From Phytohabitans aurantiacus (GTDB taxonomy: Bacteria > Actinomycetota > Actinomycetes > Mycobacteriales > Micromonosporaceae), in the NCBI RefSeq assembly GCF_027923225.1, contig NZ_BSDI01000004.1:186348-218347 (forward strand): 32,000 bases of DNA. Direction: 5' to 3'. Positions 23,195 to 29,769 of this stretch are shown piece by piece (position 1 is the first letter of the stretch; every line of letters starts with the position of its first letter). The notes beneath the pieces were generated by a model. That model was not told the DNA's origin, ran no database searches, and worked only from the letters and a program-made list of their open reading frames with translations. The translations under genes were made by a program, and so were the position numbers.

Positions 23195-23677
23195 ATGGTC
23201 ACGATCGGCGTCACAGGGCACGTCCATCTGAGCGAAGCCTCGGAGCAATTGATCTTCGATGCGGTGCTGGAAGCCACACGTTACTTCGCCTCCGAGAGGC
23301 CACACGGCATCACCTGCCTCGCGCGCGGCGCCGATCAAATCTTCGCCCGCGCAATGGTGGCTCTAGGCGGCACGTTCGAGGTGGTGCTGCCGGCACGCGA
23401 CTATCGCCGGCGCATTATCACGGCCGAGGAACGCCAGAACTTCGATCTGTTGATGGAGCAAGCCAGCAGGGTACGCGTTATGCACGCCCGGCGGTCGGGG
23501 CGGCCCGCGTACGTCGCGGCGAGCAGGTACATGTTGAACCGATCGACAGTGCTGTTCGCCGTCTGGGATGGGCAACCGACCAAAGGCCCGGGAGACACCG
23601 CTCACGTCGTATCGCTGGCGGAGGAGCGCGGCCTGCCGGTGAAGGTGTTGTGGCCGGCTGGGGCCGGCCGCCGGTAA
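23195..23677 (+). CDS. Small SLOG-superfamily (DprA / LOG / YpsA / DUF2493-like Rossmannoid) protein
   Basis: 160 aa: MVTIGVTGHVHLSE...ITCLARGADQIFARAMVALGGTFEVVLPA......SRYMLNRSTVLFAVWDGQPTKGPGDTAHVVSLAEERGLPVKVLWP. It has the SLOG hallmarks: a Gly-rich loop after beta1, GxARGxD, and a late WDG....G.T..V..A...G.PV motif. It starts 9 nt after the RyR gene stop, with a GAGGA RBS 6 nt upstream. Confidence 0.65.
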   Translation: MVTIGVTGHVHLSEASEQLIFDAVLEATRYFASERPHGITCLARGADQIFARAMVALGGTFEVVLPARDYRRRIITAEERQNFDLLMEQASRVRVMHARRSGRPAYVAASRYMLNRSTVLFAVWDGQPTKGPGDTAHVVSLAEERGLPVKVLWPAGAGRR

Positions 23678-23715
23678 ACGGTGAATCGCAGCTGGGTCGG
23701 GATAGCGTTGAGCCC

Positions 23716-24495
23716 ATGGCTTTGATCCTGATCACGGGGGCTTCGGATGGATTGGGGCGCGCGCTCGCCGTAGCGCTCGCCGAGCAGGGCCACCATCTCC
23801 TCCTCCACGGACGAAACGCGGCGCGCCTGTCTGAGGTCGCCGCGCAGACCGGCGCCACGCCCATCCGGGCCGACCTGTCGTCGCTGGCAGAGGTACGGCG
23901 GCTGGCCGATGCCGTGCCGGAGGGGCTCGACGTACTCGTCAACAACGCGGGCGTCGGCTTCGGCGCGCCCGGTGCCGGCCGCGAACTCTCCGCGGACGGG
24001 TACGAGCTGCGCCTCGCCGTCAACTACCTGGCTCCGTACCTGCTGACCAAGCTGCTGCTGCCTCGCATGGCGCGCGAGACGCCGGCCCGGATCGTCAACG
24101 TGGCGTCCGTTGGCCAGCGCCCGTTCGACCTGGCCGACCCGATGCTGGAACGCGGCTACGACGGTGTCGAGGCGTACCGCCGGTCGAAGCTGGCGCTGAT
24201 CGCACACACCTTCGACCTGGCCGAGGAGCTGGCGGGCACCCTGATCACGGCGAACTGCCTGCATCCCGCCTCGCTGATGCCGACGACGATGGTGCGCCAG
24301 GCCGGCTGGGGCGAGATCGACACGCTGGAGAAGGGGCTGCGGGCCACCCTCCGGCTGGTCGTAGACCGGGACCTGACCGAGGTCACCGGCCGGTACTTCG
24401 ACGGCGAGCGGGAGGCACGGGCGCTCGACCAGGCGTACGACCCGGAGTTCCGCAAGCAACTGCGCGAACTCACCGAATCTCTGATAGGCAGATAG
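23716..24495 (+). CDS. SDR-family oxidoreductase
   Basis: From the ATG at 23716: MALILITGASDGLGRALAVALAEQGHHLLLHGRN...LDVLVNNAGV...NVASVG.....YRRSK.AL. This contains TGxxxGxG, NNAG and YxxxK. The upstream part of track ORF 23077..24495 is an artefactual extension across the SLOG gene. Confidence 0.85.
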   Translation: MALILITGASDGLGRALAVALAEQGHHLLLHGRNAARLSEVAAQTGATPIRADLSSLAEVRRLADAVPEGLDVLVNNAGVGFGAPGAGRELSADGYELRLAVNYLAPYLLTKLLLPRMARETPARIVNVASVGQRPFDLADPMLERGYDGVEAYRRSKLALIAHTFDLAEELAGTLITANCLHPASLMPTTMVRQAGWGEIDTLEKGLRATLRLVVDRDLTEVTGRYFDGEREARALDQAYDPEFRKQLRELTESLIGR

Positions 24496-24497
24496 CT

Positions 24498-24872
24498 ATG
24501 CCTAGCTTCACGCTGTCCGGTGTCGTGCTCGGCGCGCCGAAGGCCCGCGACCTCGCCGACTTCTACCACCGGCTGCTCGGCTGGCCGTTCGGCGACGACG
24601 ATGACGACTGGTCGACGCTGATCCCGCCCGACGGCGGGACGAAGCTGTCGTTCCAGACCGAGGTCGGCCACGTGCCTCCGGTGTGGCCGGCCGGCCCCGA
24701 CGACCAGCAGATGATGCTGCACCTCGACATCCGGGTCGACGACCTGGAGACGGCGGGCGCGCACGCGGTGTCCTGCGGTGCGGTACTGGCGCAGTTCCAG
24801 CCGCAGAAGGACGTGCGGGTGTATCTCGACCCGGCCGGCCACCCGTTCTGCCTGTTCCTCCCGGGCGCCTAG
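24498..24872 (+). CDS. VOC (glyoxalase/bleomycin-resistance/dioxygenase) family protein
   Basis: 124 aa: MPSFTLSGVVLGAPKARDLADFYHRLLGWPF......HLDIRVDDLE.A.A.....GA........VRVYLDPAGHPFCLF. This is a typical single VOC module. It starts 2 nt after the SDR stop. Confidence 0.8.
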   Translation: MPSFTLSGVVLGAPKARDLADFYHRLLGWPFGDDDDDWSTLIPPDGGTKLSFQTEVGHVPPVWPAGPDDQQMMLHLDIRVDDLETAGAHAVSCGAVLAQFQPQKDVRVYLDPAGHPFCLFLPGA

Positions 24873-25265
24873 CTAGCTGGACGGCGGCTCGTCCTTGCCG
24901 GCTTCCTCCAGCTCGTCGGCTTCCTCCTTGGTGCGGTGCACCGCGTCGGTGGCGTGCTCGGGAGGTCCGTAGACGGTGTAGAGGACCAGCGGATTCGGCC
25001 CGGTGTTGACGAAGTTGTGCTTGGTGCCGGCGGGGACGGCCACCAGGTCGCCCTGCGCCACCTTCCTCGTCCTACCGCCCACACGCGCCTCTCCGACCCC
25101 ACTGACGAACGTCAGGATCTGGTCGACGTCGTCGTGGACCTCCTCGCCGATCTCGCCGCCGGCCGGGATTGTCATGATCACGAGCTGGGAATGCTTGCCG
25201 GTCCACAGCACGCGGCGGAAGTCCGGGTTCTGCTCGGCGACGGTCGCGATCGTGAAGTGCTCCAT
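24873..25265 (-). CDS. Cupin-domain protein (small monocupin)
   Basis: MEHFTIATVAEQNPDFRRVLWTGKHSQLVIMTIPAGGEIGEEVHDDVDQILTFVSGVGEARVGG....V..GDLVAVPAGTKHNFVNTG is the cupin_2 pattern. The alternative GTG start at 25289 adds 8 aa. It converges on the VOC gene with zero spacing. Confidence 0.75.
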   Translation of the reverse strand: MEHFTIATVAEQNPDFRRVLWTGKHSQLVIMTIPAGGEIGEEVHDDVDQILTFVSGVGEARVGGRTRKVAQGDLVAVPAGTKHNFVNTGPNPLVLYTVYGPPEHATDAVHRTKEEADELEEAGKDEPPSS

Positions 25266-25342
25266 GAGCCCGGTGTTACCCAGCTCCACCGCTGCTCATG
25301 CCTCGCCCACTATGGTGTAGGCGTGCCAGCACGAGGACCGCT

Positions 25343-26362
25343 GTGATTCACCTACCCACCGCAGCACGGGGACCACTCCGGGCACTCGCGCTGCGCCTGG
25401 TCGCCGCCATCGGACTGGTCCTCTTCATCGTCTTCGTGGTCTATCTCGACCGAGACGGATATCGTGACGGCGACGACACGAGCGGTTTGACCCTGCTCGA
25501 CTGCTTCTACTACACGGTGGTGTCGCTGTCGACCACCGGTTACGGCGACATCACGCCAATCACGCCCCAGGCCCGGCTGGTAAACGTCCTCGTGGTCACG
25601 CCGGCACGAGTACTGTTTCTGATCATCCTGGTCGGCACCACACTCGAGGTGCTGACCGAGCAGTACCGGACCAACGCACGCCTCGCGCGGTGGAGAAGGC
25701 ATTTGAAGGACCACGTCATCGTCTGCGGGTACGGGACGAAAGGGCGCAGCGCCGTGGGCGCACTGCGCGAGAGCGGCTTCGACGTCAAGCGCATCGTCGT
25801 GGTCGAGTCGGACCGCCCGTCGGTGCGGCGAGCCGCCGCCGACGGCCTGGTCGCCATCGAGGGATCGGCAACCCAGTCGACCGTGCTGACGGACGCGCAC
25901 ATCAAGGACGCCAAGGCGGTCATTGTCGCGACCGACACCGACGAGGCTTCGGTACTGGTCACCCTGACCGCGCGGCAGCTCACGGCCGGCAAGGTGCGCA
26001 TCATCGCGGCGGCTCGGGAGGCGGAGAACGCACCGCTGCTCAAGCAGAGCGGCGCTCACCAGGTGATCGTCTCGTCGGCGACGGCCGGGCGCCTGCTGGG
26101 CCTCTCGACGTCGGCGCCGCCGCTCATCGACGTCGTCGAAGACCTGCTGACCCCGGGCGCGGGCATGGCGCTCGCGCTGCGCTCGGCGGCCCGCGACGAG
26201 GTGGGGCGCTCGCCGCGCGAGGTGACCGAGCCGGTCATCGCGCTGGTGCGGCTGGGCCGGATCATCTCGCTGGCCATGCCCGAAAGCGCCAAGATCGAGA
26301 CTGGTGACCTGCTGGTCTACATCCGCGACGACCGCCCGAGCCCGGTGACCGCCTCAGCCTGA
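25343..26362 (+). CDS. Two-TM K+ channel with cytoplasmic TrkA-N/TrkA-C (RCK) gating domains
   Basis: The pore and selectivity filter read DCFYYTVVSLSTTGYGDITP, flanked by TM helices LRLVAAIGLVLFIVFVVYL and VLVVTPARVLFLIILVGTTL. RCK-N is HVIVCGYGTKGRSAVGALRESGFDVKRIVVVE, and an RCK-C-like tail follows. I prefer the GTG at 25343 (GAGGA RBS 5 nt upstream). The track ATG at 25298 is the alternative. Confidence 0.8.
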   Translation: MIHLPTAARGPLRALALRLVAAIGLVLFIVFVVYLDRDGYRDGDDTSGLTLLDCFYYTVVSLSTTGYGDITPITPQARLVNVLVVTPARVLFLIILVGTTLEVLTEQYRTNARLARWRRHLKDHVIVCGYGTKGRSAVGALRESGFDVKRIVVVESDRPSVRRAAADGLVAIEGSATQSTVLTDAHIKDAKAVIVATDTDEASVLVTLTARQLTAGKVRIIAAAREAENAPLLKQSGAHQVIVSSATAGRLLGLSTSAPPLIDVVEDLLTPGAGMALALRSAARDEVGRSPREVTEPVIALVRLGRIISLAMPESAKIETGDLLVYIRDDRPSPVTASA

Positions 26363-28300
26363 CCCTCGGCGGCCTCGCCGGGCGCGGATGTAGTCGGCCA
26401 CGACGTATCGGCTGAGGTCTTCCGCGTCGGGGGTGAAGACCCGGCCGCCTGAGCGCTTCGCCACCGCGTCGACGAACCGGCGCAGCGCCTCGTCTTCGCC
26501 GAGCATGAAGAGGTTGAGCGTGGCGCCGTACCGCGTCAGGTGGTCGACCTCCGTGATCGTCGCCTCGACCGTCTCGCGCAGGGGCGGCCAGAAGAAGACC
26601 GCCTCGCCGTCGGCTTCGAGGTGGGCGGTCGGCTCGCCGTCGGTCACCACCAGCACGACCGGCTCGGAGCCGGAGTGCTTGCGCAGGTGCCGGCCGGCCA
26701 GCTTGAGCGCGTGGTGCAGGTTGGTGCCCTGCACGTAGTCGGGCTCGACGGCGGCCAGCTCGGTCGGAGACAGCGGCATCGCGTACCGGCCAAAGCCGAT
26801 GATCTGCAGCGCGTCCTGCGGAAACTTCGTGGCGACCAGATGCGACAGCGCGAGCGCGGTCTGCTTCATGGGCCCCCAGCGGCCATCGGCGGCCATCGAG
26901 AACGACAGGTCGACGCAGAGCGCCACCGCGGCTGACGCCCGACGCTCGGTCTCGACCACCTCGAAGTCGTCGACGGTCAGCTCGACCGGCACCATCTCAC
27001 CGCGACGGCGTACCGCGTTGCCGACCGTTCGCACCACGTCGATCGGCTGCTCGTCGCCGTACGCCCACGCCCGCGACGCGCCGGTGATCTCGCCAGCCGC
27101 CCCCGCGTCGCGCAGGTCGTGCTCGCCGCGCCGCCGGCCGGACAGGTCGGCGAACACGGTACGCAGAGCCGTGGCACCGAGCCGGCGTAGCGCCTTGGGG
27201 CTCAGCGTCAGCCCATCGGCGCCCCGAGTCACCCAGCCCTGCCGGCGCAGCTCCCGCTCCAGCTCCTGGAGCCGGCGCACGTCGGCCGCCGCGTCACGCC
27301 CCAGGACGCGCTCGACCGACTCCACGTCGACGTCGTCGAGGGTGGCGCCCGGATGCTCCTGGCCCAGCTGGTCGAGCAGGTCGTCGAGGTCACCGATCTC
27401 CGCCAGGGCGCCCGCCGCCTCGCCGTACCCGAGCCCCTCCCGGCCGCGGACCTGAGCCCGCCGATCCCATGCCAGGTCGGGCCGGAGCGTCCGGAGGTTC
27501 GCCGTCAGGCGCGCCATCTCTCCGGCGAGGCCGGCGTTGCCGAGCGCCTGCGCCATGAGCCGCGACAGTTCCTCCTGCTGCTGCGGCGACAGGGAACGCA
27601 TCAGGCGCTCGGCGGCAGCCGCCCGGCGGGCGAGCGCGTCGATCAGCTCGTCGACCGTGGCCGGTTTCTCGGGGAAGAAGTCGCCGTGCCGCCGCATGAA
27701 CTCGGCGAACGTGTCGGTGGTGTCCTCGCCCCGGGCGTGCCGGTCGAGCAGGTCGTTGAGGTCGCGGAGCATCTCGGCCATCCGCTGCTGCGCGGCCGGG
27801 TCGCTGAGCCCTTCGCGGAGGCCGGCGAACCGCTGCTCCAGTACCTCGTCGCGGAGCCCGTCGAGGATCTGCTGGTACAGGGCGCGGGCCTCGTCGCTGG
27901 CCCACTCGTAGTCGGACAGCTCCTCGACGGCTCGCGCGGTAGACCGGGGCAGGTTGTCGAGGCGTGCCTCGGCGAACCGCGCGTCGTCGCCCGGGCGGCC
28001 GGACAGCTCGTCGCGCTCGGCGGCGAGCGCCTGGTCGAGCAGCGCCTGGGATCGGGTGACCGCGCCGTCGAGGTTGCCCCGGCGCATCGCCTCTCGCCGC
28101 AGCCGCCGGGCGCGGGCGGCCAGCTCGTCGAGGCCGCGACCGCCGTCGGGGCCGCGCCGGAGCAGGTTGCGCAGCGCGTCGCGCAGGCTGCCGCCGCCGA
28201 GCACCTCGGAGCCGACCCGGTCGACCGCGGCGCGCACGTCGTACGGCGGCGCGAGCGGGTCGGGCCCACCACGCCACGCGCCGTACCGGTACCGGTTCAT
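26354..28300 (-). CDS. von Willebrand factor A (VWA) domain protein, partner of the upstream AAA+ ATPase
   Basis: From the ATG at 28300: MNRYRYGAWRGGPDPLAPPYDVRAAVDRVGSEVL... A long helical Arg/Glu/Leu-rich middle region follows. The C-terminal VWA domain has a MIDAS motif (ALCVDLSFSM...TNLHHAL......VVLVVTDGEPTAH). The ATG overlaps the ATPase stop (ATGA at 28297-28300). The first 377 aa of track ORF 26354..29431 are an out-of-frame artefact. Confidence 0.8.
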   Translation of the reverse strand: MNRYRYGAWRGGPDPLAPPYDVRAAVDRVGSEVLGGGSLRDALRNLLRRGPDGGRGLDELAARARRLRREAMRRGNLDGAVTRSQALLDQALAAERDELSGRPGDDARFAEARLDNLPRSTARAVEELSDYEWASDEARALYQQILDGLRDEVLEQRFAGLREGLSDPAAQQRMAEMLRDLNDLLDRHARGEDTTDTFAEFMRRHGDFFPEKPATVDELIDALARRAAAAERLMRSLSPQQQEELSRLMAQALGNAGLAGEMARLTANLRTLRPDLAWDRRAQVRGREGLGYGEAAGALAEIGDLDDLLDQLGQEHPGATLDDVDVESVERVLGRDAAADVRRLQELERELRRQGWVTRGADGLTLSPKALRRLGATALRTVFADLSGRRRGEHDLRDAGAAGEITGASRAWAYGDEQPIDVVRTVGNAVRRRGEMVPVELTVDDFEVVETERRASAAVALCVDLSFSMAADGRWGPMKQTALALSHLVATKFPQDALQIIGFGRYAMPLSPTELAAVEPDYVQGTNLHHALKLAGRHLRKHSGSEPVVLVVTDGEPTAHLEADGEAVFFWPPLRETVEATITEVDHLTRYGATLNLFMLGEDEALRRFVDAVAKRSGGRVFTPDAEDLSRYVVADYIRARRGRRGSG

Positions 28301-29700
28301 TCCCGACTGCCGTAGAGGGTGCGGCCCTCGTCGGTCATCGCCTTGGAGAGCCGGCGGGTCAGGTGCAGGCCCTCCAGCACGAACTCGATCCCGGCCGCGG
28401 CCTGCCCGGCGTTGGGCGCGTCGTCGAAGCCCAGCCGCTCCAGCACCTTGGCCAGGCCGGGCACGGTGCCCACCTGGCGCAGCAGGTCGGCCGCACCCAC
28501 CAGATCGCCGGTCTCGACGATCGCGCCGTCGGCGACCAGATCGGTGAAGCCCGACAGGTCGAGCCCGCCGAGCCTGGCCCGGAACGTCTCGGCGCTGGCC
28601 GTGCGCAGCAGGTGCGCCAGTACCTCGATCTCGCGGCCCTCTTCGCCGCTCTCGAACTCGACCTTGCCGCGCAGCGTGCTCACCACGGACGAGGTGTCGC
28701 CCACGCGCGCCACCGCCTCGCGCTCGCCGAGCAGGCCCGCGCGGCGCAGCGCGGAGGCGGCCACGGTCTCGGCGCCGGCGATCGCGAACCGTGCCGACAC
28801 CCCGGAGCGGGCGTCGACCGAGGGCGAGTCGCGAACCGCGCGGGCGAACCGCGCCACCACCTCCAGGACGTGCTCGGGCACCTCGGCGACGAGCTGCGCC
28901 TCCTGGCGTACCAGAGCCAGCTCCAGATCGAGTTCGAGCGGGTAGTGAGTGCGGACCTCGGCACCGAACCGGTCCTTCAACGGCGTGATGATCCGGCCGC
29001 GGTTGGTGTAGTCCTCGGGGTTGGCGCTCGCGACGAGCAACAGGTCGAGCGGCAGCCGGAGCTGGTACCCGCGCACCTGGATGTCGCGCTCCTCCAGCAC
29101 GTTGAGCAGCGACACCTGGATGCGCTCGGCGAGGTCGGGCAGCTCGTTGACGGCGAAGATGCCGCGGTTGGTGCGGGGTACGAGTCCGAAGTGGATGGTC
29201 TCCGGGTCGCCGAGGGTGCGGCCCTGTGCCACCCGGATCGGGTCGACGTCGCCGATCAGGTCGCCCACGCTGGTGTCGGGCGTGGCCAGCTTCTCGCCGT
29301 ATCGCATCGAGCGGTGCAGCCAGCTCACCGGCAGCTCGTCGCCTAGCTCCTCGACCAGCCGCCGGGACGCCGGGGTGAGCGGGTGGTACGGGTGCTCGTT
29401 GAGCTCGGAGCCGGCGATCACCGGCGTCCACTCGTCCAGCAGCTCGACCAGTGAGCGGATGACCCGGGTCTTGCCCTGACCGCGCTCGCCGAGCAGGACC
29501 AGGTCGTGGCCGGCGAGCAGGGCCCGCTCGACCTCGGGCAGCACGGTGCCGTCGTATCCGACGATGCCCGGGAACCGGGGCGTGCCGTCGCGCATCCGGG
29601 CCAGCAGGTTTTCGCGCAGCTCCTGCTTGACCGTGCGGTGCTCGTGGCCGCTCGCGCGCAGCTCACCCAGGGTGCGGACCGTGTTTGGCAATGAGGTCAC
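28297..29700 (-). CDS. AAA+ ATPase of the Mg-chelatase ChlI / MoxR-like clade
   Basis: 467 aa with a GTG start at 29700. Walker A is HDLVLLGERGQGKTRVIRSL and Walker B / sensor is RGIFAVNELPDL.ERIQVSLLNVLEERDIQVRGY.LRLPLD.LLVASANPEDYTNRGRIITPLKDRF. This family is commonly annotated as magnesium chelatase-like ATPase and is paired with a VWA protein. Confidence 0.85.
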   Translation of the reverse strand: MTSLPNTVRTLGELRASGHEHRTVKQELRENLLARMRDGTPRFPGIVGYDGTVLPEVERALLAGHDLVLLGERGQGKTRVIRSLVELLDEWTPVIAGSELNEHPYHPLTPASRRLVEELGDELPVSWLHRSMRYGEKLATPDTSVGDLIGDVDPIRVAQGRTLGDPETIHFGLVPRTNRGIFAVNELPDLAERIQVSLLNVLEERDIQVRGYQLRLPLDLLLVASANPEDYTNRGRIITPLKDRFGAEVRTHYPLELDLELALVRQEAQLVAEVPEHVLEVVARFARAVRDSPSVDARSGVSARFAIAGAETVAASALRRAGLLGEREAVARVGDTSSVVSTLRGKVEFESGEEGREIEVLAHLLRTASAETFRARLGGLDLSGFTDLVADGAIVETGDLVGAADLLRQVGTVPGLAKVLERLGFDDAPNAGQAAAGIEFVLEGLHLTRRLSKAMTDEGRTLYGSRE

Positions 29701-29731
29701 CGGCCAACGCTAGCTCGCTGGTGTTACGAGG

Positions 29732-29763
29732 CTGGTGGGCCCGCGGAAAAGCGGACCCACCAG
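29732..29763 (-). terminator. 13-bp stem hairpin 6 nt downstream of the S8 protease stop (terminator candidate)
   Basis: ctggtgggcccgc (29732-29744) pairs with gcggacccaccag (29751-29763) across a 6-nt loop. There is one mismatched position (C opposite A on the plus strand, G opposite U in the minus-strand transcript). It lies between the S8 gene end and the AAA+ gene start. Confidence 0.5.
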
Positions 29764-29769
29764 CGGCTC

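Noticed and set aside
23077-23715. N-terminal extension of the SDR ORF (track ORF 23077..24495) across the RyR gene end and the whole SLOG gene
   Set aside because: The SDR Rossmann motif starts 3 residues after the internal ATG at 23716. The extension is Arg-rich and competes with two better-supported genes that have good RBSs.
24866-24880. Palindromic CTAGCTAG at the VOC/cupin junction, considered as a regulatory site
   Set aside because: It is simply two abutting convergent stop codons (TAG on each strand). There is no extended symmetry.
28301-29431. N-terminal 377-aa extension of the VWA ORF (track ORF 26354..29431, 1025 aa)
   Set aside because: The extension lies in a different frame over the AAA+ ATPase gene and is almost pure Arg/Gly/Pro/Ala. 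The homologous VWA-partner sequence begins at MNRYRYGAW (ATG at 28300), which overlaps the ATPase stop in the typical ATGA coupling.
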